A stretch of 64,000 nt of DNA from Nannocystaceae bacterium (GTDB lineage: Bacteria > Myxococcota_A > Polyangia > Nannocystales > Nannocystaceae), in the NCBI GenBank assembly GCA_046351635.1, contig JAXLYC010000019.1, positions 46,035 to 110,034 of the forward strand, written 5' to 3'. Each line of letters begins with the position of its first letter. Within the stretch, counting starts at the first letter, position 1. The notes beneath the pieces are model-generated. The model was not told the origin of the DNA. It saw nothing but the letters and a program-made list of their open reading frames with translations, and did no database searches. Made by a program: the position numbers and the translations under genes. Below, in pieces: positions 9,493 to 20,476 of this stretch.

Positions 9493-9624
9493 GCGGCTGT
9501 CCGCGGATGCTGGCGGCCTCTGCTCGCGCCGGCGACCGCAAGGAGACGGACCGAGGCCGGCGAGGCCGTTGCGACTCGCGTCCTTCCCGTCGCCGCCGCG
9601 ACGAGGGCGCGGACGATCGCGCGA

Positions 9625-10806
9625 TCACTCGAACGCGGCCAGCGCGGCGCGCAGGCCCGCATCGGTCTCGCCGGCGACCGGCACGATCGGATCGAGCGCG
9701 ATCGCGACGTCTGGGGTCACGCCCGCGCCGTCGACCAGACGATCGTCGGGCGAGAAGTAGCGCGCGACGGTGAACGTCGCGACCGAGCCATCAGGCAGGC
9801 CCAGAACCTCCTGCACGGTGCCCTTGCCGTAGCTGCGCTCGCCGACGATGCGCGCGCGCTTGTGATCCTGCAGCGCGGCCGCGAGCAGCTCCGACGCCGA
9901 CGCGCTGCGACGGTCCTGCAGCACCACCAGCGGCGTGGTCACGTCGCTGCCCTGGCTGTGCGCGGCCTCCTCGCGCAGCAGGCGACCGCCGCGACCCCGG
10001 GTGCGCACCAGTACTCCCGTGGCCACGAACGCGTCGGCGACGACCAGGGCCTCGTGGACCTCGCCGCCAGGGTTGCCGCGCACGTCGAGGATGATGCCGG
10101 CGAGCTCGTGTCGCAGCGCGCGCCGACGCGCGGCGATCGCCGCGAGCACGGCCGCACCGCTCTCGGCCCCGAAGTGGCGCAGCACGACGTGCGCGAAGCT
10201 GCGGCCACGATCGTCGCGGACGATCGCGGCTTCGACCATCTTGGCGCGGGGCTTGTCGAGCACCAACGCGACCTCGCGCGGGGCCGAGCCCTCGCCCGAT
10301 TGCACGAGCAACGCGACCTCGTCGCCGACCGCCCCGGCGAGCAACACCTCGGCCTCGATCTGCGTCGCGATGCGATCGACGTCGCGCTCGCCGATGCGAA
10401 CCACGCGATCGCCCGGCGCGAGCCCGGCGCGGGCCGCCGGCGACGCGGGCGTGACCGCGAGGACCTCGAGCGCGGGCCCCTGCTGGGCGTCGTGCCGCAG
10501 CGCGACCGCGAGCCCGGTGCTGCCGGCGTGCGGTCGCTTCGTCAGCGCCTTGCGCTGGGCCGACGTGAGGAAATGACTGTGAGGGTCCAGCTGCGCGAGC
10601 ATCGCGGACAGCCCCGCGGCGAGCAGGGCCGGCTCGTCCACCGGCTCGACGTAGCGGTCCAACACCGCGTCCAGCGCCTGTTCGAAGCCGGAACGATCGA
10701 GCCGGGGCGCGGGCGCAGCGGCGGGTCCCGGCCCGAAGCTGGCCGTGAGCGCCAGCGTGACCGCGACCCCCAGAGCAAACCCACCGACCGCGCTGCGGGC
10801 CGTCAT
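9625..10806 (-). CDS. S41 family carboxyl-terminal protease (CtpA-like) with PDZ domain
   Basis: The 393 aa product has an N-terminal signal/TM, a PDZ (GDRVVRIGERDV), and S41 motifs ILDVRGNPGG and SASASELLAAALQD…GERSYGKGTVQ. Confidence 0.9.
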   Translation of the reverse strand: MTARSAVGGFALGVAVTLALTASFGPGPAAAPAPRLDRSGFEQALDAVLDRYVEPVDEPALLAAGLSAMLAQLDPHSHFLTSAQRKALTKRPHAGSTGLAVALRHDAQQGPALEVLAVTPASPAARAGLAPGDRVVRIGERDVDRIATQIEAEVLLAGAVGDEVALLVQSGEGSAPREVALVLDKPRAKMVEAAIVRDDRGRSFAHVVLRHFGAESGAAVLAAIAARRRALRHELAGIILDVRGNPGGEVHEALVVADAFVATGVLVRTRGRGGRLLREEAAHSQGSDVTTPLVVLQDRRSASASELLAAALQDHKRARIVGERSYGKGTVQEVLGLPDGSVATFTVARYFSPDDRLVDGAGVTPDVAIALDPIVPVAGETDAGLRAALAAFE

Positions 10807-10853
10807 GAACGGTCATCGTGTCGTATCCTCCGCGCGAGGTCAAAGCGCCCCCG

Positions 10854-12776
10854 ATGAAATCCACGACGACGCTCCACATCACCACGGTCGCGCTCGCGCT
10901 GGCACTCGCGCCTGCATGCAAGAAGGACGAGCCCAAGGCAGACGAGAAGAAGACGGAGGCGACGCAGACCAAGACCACCGACGCCGGCAAGACCGATGGC
11001 AAGCCCACCGACGCCGGCAAGCCCACCACCGACAAGCCCGCGCCGATCCCCGGCGAGGGTGTCACACCGACCAGCCAGCCGCTGACGCCGGCGTCGAAGC
11101 TCAGCCGCGGCGCCGTGCTCGCGCACGTGCTGATGCCCAATCCCGCGACGATGCTGTCGGACATCAAGGCGCAGATCGTTCCGGCCCAGGCGGCGCAGTT
11201 CGTCGACGAGACCTTCTTGCGCACCATGGGCGCCGGCACGCTCGGCAGCCGCTCGGGCATCGCCAAGAACCTCGATCTGACCAAGCCCATGGGCTGCGCG
11301 CTGGTCGACACCACCACGACCAAGGCACCGGTCGCGTGCGTCATCGGCTACACCGGCGGCGCCAAGGCGCTCGTCACCGATCTCGGCGAAGAGGGCAAGC
11401 AGGCCGACGCCGGCGGTCACACGGCGAAGTACAGCGTCGGCGGGCAGGACATCTTCGTCGACGACATCGGCGGTGAGGCCATCGTCAGCACCGGGGCCGA
11501 CGTGTTCGAGAAGGCCAAGCCGTACATCGAGGAAAACCTCATCGCGCGCGCCGGCAGCGTCGCGACCGACCTCGAGGTCGTCGCCTACCCCGGCAGCCTC
11601 ATGACCCGCTACGAGGCCGAGCTGCGGCCCGTGCTCGAGGCCATGAGCAAGGTGGCGCCGGCGCCGGTGCCCGGCGTGCCGCCGAGCACGGAGAAGCTCA
11701 TGGGCGCGATGCAGGCCTATGGCGTGAAGGCCAACGCGCGGACGATCCAGACCTTCCGCGACATGGAACAGTTCACGCTCGCCTTCTCGGTCGAGCCCGC
11801 GGGCTTCGTCGCCCGCTACGCGCTGTTCCCCGTCGCCGGCAGCGAGCTCGAGGCGCAGACCAAGCTCACCGCCGCGGGCCCGGTCGATCCGAAGTTCGTG
11901 CGCAGCCTGCCGAGCTCGTCGTGGGCGGTCATCGCGGTCAACAGCCACGTCGGCGAGGTCGCGGACATGCCGTCGGTGAAGGAGCTGCGCGACGTGTTCG
12001 TGTCGGCCTACGCCGAGGCCGTGGGCAAGGATCCGGCCGCGACCTCCGCGGCAGTCGACAGCTTCGTCGCCGAGACGCGTGCGACCTACTCGGGCGTGAC
12101 CGCGCTGACGTTCATGCACGAGCCCGGCACCCTGGGCGGGCTCGCCGTGGTCGCCGGGCTGCAGCCGGGCAAGAGCGCGCGCGACGGCTACAAGACCTGG
12201 TCGGAGGGCTTCACGCCCGAGTCGATCCTCGGCCCCGAGGCCTCGAAGAAGGTCACCTGGTCGTTCCAGATGGACGCGGCCAAGGCCGGTGACGTCGCGG
12301 TCGATCGCTGGATCATCGAGCCGACCGACGCGGTCAAGGCCGACATGCGCAAGGACGGCGGCGCCAAGCTGGCCGAGTGGGAGACCAAGCTCGGCGGCCT
12401 GCGCCTGGTGCTCAACCGCATCGAGAAGAACGAAGAGGTCGTGTGGGTCGTGGGCCCGGGCTCGGACGACAAGTACGTGCAGCGGATGGTCGACGCGATG
12501 GGCGGGACCGGCTCGCTCGCGGACAACGCCGGTCTGTCGCGCGTGCTCGATCGCAACCCGTCGGTTTCGAGCATCTTCGCGTTCGACGTCAAGGGCATGT
12601 TCGCCTGGGTCTCCGAGCTCATGCCCGCCGAGGAGCGCGCCAAGCTGCCGGCCGGCATCGGCAGCGACCTGAGCGACGTCTTCATGGCCGCGTCCTACGG
12701 CGACAACGGCTCGCAGTCGGGCGAGATCGTGGTCTCGCAGACGCTCATCGATCAGCTGCGCGCACTGGCGAAGTGA
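10854..12776 (+). CDS. Hypothetical large lipoprotein (640 aa)
   Basis: ATG 10854 gives MKSTTTLHITTVALALALAPACKKDE (lipobox), followed by a Lys/Thr/Asp-rich linker and then a globular region. It is divergent from ctpA-like. Confidence 0.8.
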   Translation: MKSTTTLHITTVALALALAPACKKDEPKADEKKTEATQTKTTDAGKTDGKPTDAGKPTTDKPAPIPGEGVTPTSQPLTPASKLSRGAVLAHVLMPNPATMLSDIKAQIVPAQAAQFVDETFLRTMGAGTLGSRSGIAKNLDLTKPMGCALVDTTTTKAPVACVIGYTGGAKALVTDLGEEGKQADAGGHTAKYSVGGQDIFVDDIGGEAIVSTGADVFEKAKPYIEENLIARAGSVATDLEVVAYPGSLMTRYEAELRPVLEAMSKVAPAPVPGVPPSTEKLMGAMQAYGVKANARTIQTFRDMEQFTLAFSVEPAGFVARYALFPVAGSELEAQTKLTAAGPVDPKFVRSLPSSSWAVIAVNSHVGEVADMPSVKELRDVFVSAYAEAVGKDPAATSAAVDSFVAETRATYSGVTALTFMHEPGTLGGLAVVAGLQPGKSARDGYKTWSEGFTPESILGPEASKKVTWSFQMDAAKAGDVAVDRWIIEPTDAVKADMRKDGGAKLAEWETKLGGLRLVLNRIEKNEEVVWVVGPGSDDKYVQRMVDAMGGTGSLADNAGLSRVLDRNPSVSSIFAFDVKGMFAWVSELMPAEERAKLPAGIGSDLSDVFMAASYGDNGSQSGEIVVSQTLIDQLRALAK

Positions 12777-12858
12777 TGCGCGCTCGCGGCCGATCCCGCG
12801 GACGCGGGATCGGGCCGCGGGACCAGCCCGACGGCGCGGCGCAACGGCACCGCGCGCC

Positions 12859-15256
12859 TCACCCCGGTTGGTAGCGCAGCGCTCGCAGGCCCGCGAGCGA
12901 CACGCCGTCGTGGAAGAAGAACACGTCGTCGTCGACGTCGTAGGTCAGCTTCTGCCCCGCAGCGTTGGGCGGGAAGTCGGCGGGCGGCGCAGGCAGCTGC
13001 GTCCAGGCATCCGCGACCAGGTCGTAGGCCCACAGCTGCAGCGCGTCGCCGCTCATCGCGAGCACGCGCTGGTGCACGTCGTCGTAGGCGAGGTGGGCAT
13101 AGCCGCCCGGTGGCGCGTTCGCAGGCGCCTTGGCCACGCAGTGGCCCGCGTCGACGTCGACGACGTAGGTGTCGCTGTCGAGCGGACCGTTGTAGTGCGC
13201 GCCACCGAAGAGCACGAAGGTGCCCGCGGCGGCGTGGAAGGCCGCGCCCGCGAAGCCGCCGGTGGGGCAGTCGGCGAGCGCGCGGAAGCGGTTGCTCGCG
13301 ACGTCGTAGAGATGGCCGCTGAAGTACGCCAGCTGCCGCTCGGGGTCGAAGGCACCGGTGACCTCGACCCCCGGTCGCGCGAGATCGGGCGGCAGCAGTC
13401 GCTGGCCGCGACCGGCGAGCACGTCGTAGGCGTACAGCGTCCACGCGGTGCCGCTGTTGAGCGTGAGGTTGCCGTTGGTCAGATACAGCCCGCGCTGGCC
13501 GTCGACGGTGACGTTGCCCTCGTCATGGCCGATGCCCGGCAAGTGCTCGCTCCACGCGTTCTCGGTGACCTCGAGCAACTCCCAGCGGTTGTGCGAGAAG
13601 TCGTAGCCGAGCAGCGCGTTCTGATCCTCGCCGTACGACAGCTGCACCGCGTGGTACTTGCCGAACACGACCGCACGCTTCGCCGCCGCGATGTAGTTGA
13701 TGCTGCTGTAGCCCTCGTCGCCCACGCCCTGCGCGTCGACCGTGATGCCACCGGCCTGCAGCACCGTCCAGGTGTTGGGCGCCAGCTGCGGCGCAGGGCC
13801 GTCGCTGCCGTAGCGCACCAACTCGACCGGCGGCTCGTCGCCGTCGTCGCCGCGCTTGGCGACGTAGACCTGCTTGGTCGCGGAGGGGAAGTGCTTCTCG
13901 GTCCAGATCACGTGGGCGACATCGCCGACGAGCGCGAGCGCGGGCGAGTCGACCGCGCCGTCGCCGTGGTGGACGGCGAGTGGACTCTCGACCGCGGACC
14001 ACGAACCGCCGCTGCGCGTGCGGGTGTACAGCTCGGCCTTCTCACCCGCGGGCGCCTCGCTCCACGACAGCAGCAGGCCCTCACCGGTGGCCAGCAGCGC
14101 GGGGCGACCGGGCTGGCCGTCCGGCGTCGCGTCGGCCTCGTCGGCGTCGATCGACCACGTGCCGTCGACCAGGTGCCCCGTGCGGATGCGGTAGTCGCCC
14201 GCGGCCGGCTTCTCCTGCCATGCGAGGTGCAAACCCTCGGCGTCGGCCGCCAGCGCGAGGTAGTTCACCTGGCCTTCGCCGTCGGCATCGAGCGGCTCGG
14301 GCCGCACGACGAAACCATCGCCCTGCAGCGACGCGATCCGAAGCGCGGCGTCGTCGTGCAGCAGGCCGTCGGTGGCGGTCTCTTCGATCTCGCTCCACGC
14401 CACCGTCGGCACGCCGTCGTGCTCGACCAACGCGAGGTCGATGATCTTGCGGCGGCTGCCCTCGCCCGCGCCACCGTTGTACGGTTCACCCACGGCCACC
14501 CAACCGTCGCCTTCGCGTCGCTTGACGGCGATCGCGTCGACGTCACCCTGCTCGGCGAGGTTCTCGATCCACGCGACGTGCAGCACGCCGCCGATGTCGG
14601 CCAGCACGGGGTTGCGCGCGTCGTGGGTCGGCGCGAGGTTGAGCGCACCGAACGCGTCGCCGGCGTCCGCGTCGGCGACCCACGCAGCGCCGTCCCAGTG
14701 CGCGACGAACACCGCGGACTCGTGCGCCTCGGCCCAGCCGTAGCCGCCGCCCTCGTACCACGCGACGTAGATCGTCTCGCCGCTCACCGCGATGCTGGCA
14801 TCGAACGCCTCGGGCCACAGCACGCCGTCGGCCTCGGTGTGGCCGATGCGTCCGCCCAGTGGGCTCCACGAACCATCCGCGTACGACGCGACCGCGATAC
14901 CGGAGTGCTCCCAGATCGACGGGTTGCGATGTTGCGTCCACGCGGCGACGATCGTGCCGCCGGGTCCCGCCGCGACCGCGGCGTTGTTGGTCCAGCCCAT
15001 CGGATCGGTCGAGAGGCTCGCGCTGATCCGCGTCCACATCGAGGGCGGCAGCGGCTCGCCCGTGCTGCTGTCCATCCCATCGTCCGCGCTCGAGTCGCCG
15101 CCGCGGCTGCTGCTGCCGCCGGGCCCGCTGCCGGCGTCCGACGACGAGGCAGCGCCCGCGTCGGACGACGTCGCGTCCCCCGCGGGCTGGCTACCACCGT
15201 GACACGCGACCAGTGCGGCGATCGGGATCGAGCAGGCGTGGCGGACGCGCGGCATC
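12859..15256 (-). CDS. Secreted lipoprotein with β-propeller-type repeats (recurrent x-VAW-x-E blades, Kelch-like C-terminal region)
   Basis: ATG 15256 gives MPRVRHACSIPIAALVAC…. Repeats of ~50 aa include IVAAWTQH, IYVAWYE, LHVAWIEN, PTVAWSE, LHLAWQEK, LLLSWSEA and AHVIWTEK. Confidence 0.8.
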
Positions 15257-15344
15257 GCGACCAGAGGTCGCGCGAGCCCGGCCGCACGGCTCACGGACAC
15301 GCCACGGCGGCGCTGCGGTCGGCGCCCCGCGGCCCCGCGCCCGA

Positions 15345-15519
15345 TCAGGCCGCGCGCTTGGTCACCGGCACGGTGCCGCTGGCTTCGCCCGGCGCGCTGC
15401 GGGCCCGATCGAACATGCGCGCCAGCCTCGCGCGCTGGACCTCGATCGACAGCGCCTCGGTGGTGACCGCGTCGACGAACCGTGCCACGAACGCGTAGTA
15501 CCGGAGATTGGGTGCCTGC
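15345..15519 (-). CDS. Small hypothetical protein (58 aa)
   Basis: ATG 15519 is preceded by GGGAGGG 6–7 nt upstream. The sequence is MQAPNLRYYAFVARFVDAVTTEALSIEVQRARLARMFDRARSAPGEASGTVPVTKRAA. It lies 88 nt upstream of the propeller lipoprotein on the same strand. Confidence 0.4.
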
Positions 15520-15746
15520 ATCGTCGTCCCTCCCGTCCTGCCAAACCCAACGGAGCTCGGGGTCCGGCCTGACACTCGGCTGAACGAGTGCAGGCGCCGT
15601 ACCATATCGGTGCACGGGCGAGCGGCCCCGGCGTTCCCGAAAAAAGCCTGTGCCGTCGCGGCGCGCTCGCGGAATCTCCGCGCACGTGCCGGGGTTCGCT
15701 CGGCCCGCAGTGTCAAGCGTCCGGCGGCGGCCGTCGGCGTTCCATC

Positions 15747-16673
15747 ATGCCACCTGTGATCCCCGGGCCGACAGAACCCGTGACCCGCCGCTGCGGTGGC
15801 TGCGGTGCCATGCTCGCGTCGCCGCCCGAGCGCATCGCCGATCGCTGCAGCTACTGCGACGCGCAGCTGGTCGACGCGACCGCGGTGACGGCGGTCGACG
15901 CGGTGTGTCCGTTCGCGATCTCGCAACGCGCCGCGCTGCAGCGCATGCGCGAGCACGTCGCAGGCAACCCGTGGTTGCCCGGCGAGCTGCGTCTGCTCGC
16001 GCGCCGCGGGCAGCTGCGGCCCGAGGTGCTGCGCGGCGTGCTGGTGCCCTACTTCGTCTACGACGCGCGCACGCAATCGCGCTGGCAGGCCAAGATCGGC
16101 GTCGACTGGTGGCGCAGCGAGACCGTGCGCGACAAGGACGGCAAGACCCGCACCGAGCGCGTGCGCGAGACCGAGTGGTTCGAGCTCGGCGGCACCGCGG
16201 TGGGACAGTGGCTCGATCATCTCGAGTGCGCCTCGGTCGCGCTCACCGCCGAGGAGGTCGATCGGCTCGGCGGCTTCGACCTCGGCGCGGCCGTGGCCTA
16301 CGACCCACGGGTGTTGGCGGGCTCGGTCGCGGAGCTGCCCTCGCGCACGCGCGCGCAGGTCGACCGCGACGCAGCCGCGGCGGTGCGCGAGCTCGAGGCC
16401 CGCCGCATCGAGCACAAGCTCTTGCCCGGTGATCACGCGCGCATCGTCGCGCTCGCGACCGAGGTCTCGCTGGGTCACGCGCGGCTGGTGCTGGTGCCGG
16501 TGTGGCTCGCGAGTTTCCGCCACGGCGGGCGCCCCCATCGCATGCTCGTGCACGGTCAGCACGGCGCGTGCATCGGACGACCGCCGCTGTCGCGCGCGAA
16601 GGTCTCGCTCGCGGCCGCCGGCTTCGCCCTGGCCGTGGTTGGGCTGCTGTGGCTCGCGGGGGTGTGGTCGTGA
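15747..16673 (+). CDS. Hypothetical protein with N-terminal zinc-ribbon (C-x2-C…C-x2-C) and C-terminal transmembrane anchor
   Basis: ATG 15747 gives MPPVIPGPTEPVTRRCGGCGAMLASPPERIADRCSYCDAQLVD. The C-terminus is …PVWLASFRHGGRPHRMLVHGQHGACIG…AAGFALAVVGLLWLAGVWS*. Confidence 0.65.
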   Translation: MPPVIPGPTEPVTRRCGGCGAMLASPPERIADRCSYCDAQLVDATAVTAVDAVCPFAISQRAALQRMREHVAGNPWLPGELRLLARRGQLRPEVLRGVLVPYFVYDARTQSRWQAKIGVDWWRSETVRDKDGKTRTERVRETEWFELGGTAVGQWLDHLECASVALTAEEVDRLGGFDLGAAVAYDPRVLAGSVAELPSRTRAQVDRDAAAAVRELEARRIEHKLLPGDHARIVALATEVSLGHARLVLVPVWLASFRHGGRPHRMLVHGQHGACIGRPPLSRAKVSLAAAGFALAVVGLLWLAGVWS

Positions 16674-17538
16674 TTGTCGTGCGTTGCGATGCCTGCGGCG
16701 GTTCGGTCGCGTTCGATGCCGAGCGCGCGCGGGCGCAGTGCCTCTTCTGTGCCGCGGTCGCGCTCGAGCCGGTGCCGCTGGCGCAACCACCGGCGCCGCC
16801 CGAGCGCGTGGTGCCGTTTTCGATCGACGACGCCGCCGCGCGCGGACGCTTCGCGCAGTGGTGCCGGGGATCGTGGTGGCGCCCCGTGGCGTTGCGCGAG
16901 GTCGCGTTGCAGCTGCAACCGCTGTGGCTGCCGGCCTGGCGCGCGCGTGCCGAGGTCGAGCTGCACTGGGCCGGCCTGGTCGCCGCGCGTAGTGCAGCGG
17001 TCGACGCGCCGCGCGCCGGCGTCGACCGTGGCACCGCCGAGGCGATGATCCCGGCGTCGCTGGGCATCTCGCCCGCGAGCTGTCCCACGCCGCACCGTTT
17101 CCGCCAGCCAGCCGCAGCTGGACCGCCCACGACGGCGCGATCGCACGCGAGTTGCCGAGCTTGACCGAGGCGGGCGCACGCGCACGCGTGCTCGCGGCGC
17201 TCGAGGCCACGCGGCTGCGCGAGGTCGCCGCGCGCGAGCACCTGCACGATCCCGGCGGCACCGCGCGGCTACACGCGCTCGCAACCTCGCTCGAGTCGCT
17301 GCCGGTCTACATCGGCGCGTTCCGCTTCCGCGACCGCCCCTGGCGCGTGGTGATCAACGGCGCGACCGGCAAGCTGGTCGGCCGCGCGCCGATCGATCGC
17401 GTCAAGCTCACGATCGCGATCGCGATCGGCGTGCTCGTGCTGCTGGCGCTGGCGTGGTGGTCGCGGCCGCCCGACGATCAGCCCGGCGGCCCCGAGGACG
17501 ACTCGAAGCCCAGCGTCACGCGCAGCCGCTCGTTCTGA
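16670..17538 (+). CDS. Paralogue of the preceding zinc-ribbon/TM protein, split between two frames (apparent frameshift near 17040–17100)
   Basis: GTG 16670 overlaps the previous TGA (GTGA). The N-terminus RCDACGG…CLFCAAV and the middle align with the 15747 gene in frame 2. The C-terminal part (…LPSLTEAGARARVLAALEATRLREV…LPVYIGAFRFRDRPWRVVINGATGKLVG…IAIAIGVLVLLALAWW) aligns in frame 1 (ORF 17152..17538, which opens at 16993). Confidence 0.5.
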
Positions 17539-18254
17539 CCGATGGTGTTGCCCATGGTCGTGTTGGTCTGCAGGTCGCCGTCGATGGTGTACTCGACGGT
17601 CTCGGGCGCCGCGTTGTCGCCCAGCGCGACGAAGCTCGCGACGTAGTTGCCGAACTCGGTCGGCTGGCCCTCGTACTCGAGCCCGATCTCCGCGAGGTTG
17701 AGCCCGCCGCCGGCCGGCAGCGCGTAGGCGAACACGCCCGAGATCGTCAGGTAGCGCCCGTCGAGCTCGAACACGCCGTCCTGGTCGGAGTAGTAGACGT
17801 CGTAGAACTCGGTGTCGACGCCCTTGATGTCGCGGTTGGCGTCGCCGAGCGGATCGTCGAGCCGCGTGGTCAGCTCGGCGCCGTCGACCGCGAAGGTGTA
17901 GGGCGTGGGCGCGTCGCCGCCCGAGCGCTCGTAGAAGGTGATCGAGACCAGGCCCGGGATCATGCGCACGGGGTAGGTCGTGGGCCCGCCGCTGCCGCTG
18001 CCGTCGCCGCCGAGGTCGAACTTGAAGTCGCTGCTGGTGCTGCCGTCGGTGCCGCCCATCGACGTCATCGATGCGCCGCCGCCGGTGGTGCCATCGCCAC
18101 TGCCGCTGCCGCTGCCGCCCGCGCTCGACGAGCCGCCTTGCAGGGTCGTGCTCGACAGCGTGGTCGCGGTGCCGCCGTCGCCGCGGCCCTCGTCCGCACC
18201 GCACGCGGCCAGCCAGGTCAGCACCAGTGTCGACGCGGCGCGGCCGGGGCTCAT
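17478..18254 (-). CDS. Hypothetical lipoprotein with Gly/Ser-rich linker (258 aa)
   Basis: ATG 18254 gives MSPGRAASTLVLTWLAACGADEG (lipobox). The ATG overlaps the TGA of the upstream prolyl oligopeptidase (ATGA). Confidence 0.65.
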   Translation of the reverse strand: MSPGRAASTLVLTWLAACGADEGRGDGGTATTLSSTTLQGGSSSAGGSGSGSGDGTTGGGASMTSMGGTDGSTSSDFKFDLGGDGSGSGGPTTYPVRMIPGLVSITFYERSGGDAPTPYTFAVDGAELTTRLDDPLGDANRDIKGVDTEFYDVYYSDQDGVFELDGRYLTISGVFAYALPAGGGLNLAEIGLEYEGQPTEFGNYVASFVALGDNAAPETVEYTIDGDLQTNTTMGNTIGQNERLRVTLGFESSSGPPG

Positions 18255-20476
18255 TGCGTCATCGTAGCAGCTTCGCGCGCGGGCCCGACGCCCAGGGCGT
18301 GGAGCAGGAACGAGAACGTGTCCACGGCCTGCTCGATGTCCTTCTTGATCATGTCCGAACCGCCGTGGCCAGCGTTGGTCTCGATGCGCAGGTATACCGG
18401 CCTGGGCGAGACCGCCTGCATCGCCGCGACGAACTTGCGCGCGTGCATCGGGTCGACGCGGTCGTCGCTGTCCGCCGACAGCATGAGCATCGCCGGGTAG
18501 GGCTTGCCGCGCGCGACGTGGTGGTAGGGCGAGTACGCGAACAACGTCTCGAACTGGCCGCGATCCTCGGCCGAGCCGTACTCGGCGATCCACGTGCGGC
18601 CGGCACCGAAGAGGTGGTAGCGGACCATGTCGAGCAGCGGCACCGCGCACACGACCGCACCGAACAGCTCGGGGTGCTGCGTCATCGCGGCGCCGACCAG
18701 CAGGCCACCGTTGCTGCCGCCCATGATCGCGAGCTTGTCGGGCCGCGTGATGTCCTGCGCGATCAGGTGCTGCGCCGCCGCGGCGAAGTCGTCGAACACG
18801 TTCTGCTTGTTGGCGCCCATACCCGACTGGTGCCAGGCCTCGCCGAACTCGCCGCCGCCGCGCAGGTTGGCCACCGCGTACACGCCACCGTGCTCGAGCC
18901 ACAACACCGCGCGTGAGCTGAAGTTGGGCTCGAGGCTGACATTGAAGCCGCCGTAGCCCACCAGCAGCGTGGGGTTGTCGCCACGGCGCTGCATGTCCTT
19001 GCGGTGGACCACGAACATCGGCACCCGGGTGCCGTCCTTCGACGTGAACCACATCTGCTCGGTCACGAACTGCGAGGTGTCGACCGGGATCTCGATCTTC
19101 TGCCACAGCTCCGACTTGCCCGACGCGATCGACGTCTTGAAGATCTGCGGCGTCTCGGTGAACGAGCTGAAGTAGTAGTAGCCCTCGTCCTCGTCGGGCT
19201 CGCCGAGGATGCCGCTCGCGCTGCCGATGCCGGGCAGCTCGACCTTGCGCACGAGCTTGCCCGCCAGATCGTGAACCTCGAGCTCGGAGTGGGCGTCGCG
19301 CAGGTACGACAGCACCAGGTGGTCGCCGACGACGCTGGCGCCGTCGAGCACCGCGTCGGACTCGGGCACGATCTCGCGCCAGTGTTCGCGCGCGCGCTTG
19401 GCCGGATCGACCACGTACACGCGATAGCGCGGCGCGCCGTCGTTGGTGTGGACGTAGAACTTGTCGCGCCAGGCGCTGACCGAGAAGATCGCCGGCTTGT
19501 CCTTCACCAGCGGCTCGAACTTCGGCGCAGCGGTGGGCGGGCGGCGCTTGCCGCCCTTGGCCCTGCCGAGATCGGCGACGTAGACGTCGCTCGCGCTCCA
19601 GCCGCGCGAGTGGTTCACCAGCAGCCAGCGGCCATCGCGTGACACCGACGCGCCGACGAAGCGCGTGGGATCGTGCGACGCCGGGAACATGATCGGGTCG
19701 GTCTTGGGATCGGTGCCCAGCCGATGGAAGCGCACGTCGGCGTGCCCCGGCAGCTCCGCCACCGGGATCGCGGGATCGGTCGGCAGGTTCACGTAGAAGA
19801 AGCCCGAGTCGTCGGGCAACCACGACGCCGCGGCATAGCGCGCGCCCTCGATGGTGTCGATGGTGAGCTCGGTGTTGGTGTCGAGATCGCGGACGTACAA
19901 CGTCGCGGCGTCGGCGTTGTTGCGCGACAGCTTGTACGCGAGGTAGCGGCCGCTGCGGCTGGGCATCACGCCGTGGACCGAGACGCTGCCGTCGGCCGAC
20001 ATCGTGTTGGGATCGAGCAGCACCTCCTCGGCGCCATGCTCACCCTTGCGCACGTAGTAGATCGCCTTCTCCTTGTCCTTGTGGCTGCGGGTGTAGAAAT
20101 AGCGGCTGCCGCGGTGGGCCGGCGGCGAGATCGAGTCGAGGTACGACAGCTCCGAGAGTCGCTGCTCGAGGTCCGCCCGCAGCGGCAGCGCGCCCAACCG
20201 CTTGCGCGCGTAGTCGTCCTGCGCGTTCATCCACGCTGCGACCTCGGGGTCGTCGACGTTCTCGAGCCAGCGGTACGGGTCGTCGACCTTGCGGCCGAAC
20301 AGGACGTCGCTGACCTCGCTCGCGCGGGTCGTCGGGGTGGTCGTGTCGTCGTGCGCGGTGGGCATCGTGGCGCCGCCACCTCCGGGGGTCGTGCTCGTCC
20401 CGCCGGCGCCGTCGCGGTCCGGTCGGCACGAGAGCAGCGCGAGCGCGAGCAGGGAGACCGTCGGCAGGTGGCGCAT
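18251..20476 (-). CDS. Prolyl oligopeptidase (S9A family) lipoprotein
   Basis: ATG 20476 gives MRHLPTVSLLALALLSC. The N-terminal β-propeller region (DPYRWLEN…) is followed by the catalytic domain: GGSNGGLLVGAAMTQHPELF (nucleophile elbow GxSxGG), D…RVDPMHARKF and …NAGHGG (Ser-Asp-His triad). Confidence 0.9.
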   Translation of the reverse strand: MRHLPTVSLLALALLSCRPDRDGAGGTSTTPGGGGATMPTAHDDTTTPTTRASEVSDVLFGRKVDDPYRWLENVDDPEVAAWMNAQDDYARKRLGALPLRADLEQRLSELSYLDSISPPAHRGSRYFYTRSHKDKEKAIYYVRKGEHGAEEVLLDPNTMSADGSVSVHGVMPSRSGRYLAYKLSRNNADAATLYVRDLDTNTELTIDTIEGARYAAASWLPDDSGFFYVNLPTDPAIPVAELPGHADVRFHRLGTDPKTDPIMFPASHDPTRFVGASVSRDGRWLLVNHSRGWSASDVYVADLGRAKGGKRRPPTAAPKFEPLVKDKPAIFSVSAWRDKFYVHTNDGAPRYRVYVVDPAKRAREHWREIVPESDAVLDGASVVGDHLVLSYLRDAHSELEVHDLAGKLVRKVELPGIGSASGILGEPDEDEGYYYFSSFTETPQIFKTSIASGKSELWQKIEIPVDTSQFVTEQMWFTSKDGTRVPMFVVHRKDMQRRGDNPTLLVGYGGFNVSLEPNFSSRAVLWLEHGGVYAVANLRGGGEFGEAWHQSGMGANKQNVFDDFAAAAQHLIAQDITRPDKLAIMGGSNGGLLVGAAMTQHPELFGAVVCAVPLLDMVRYHLFGAGRTWIAEYGSAEDRGQFETLFAYSPYHHVARGKPYPAMLMLSADSDDRVDPMHARKFVAAMQAVSPRPVYLRIETNAGHGGSDMIKKDIEQAVDTFSFLLHALGVGPAREAATMTQ

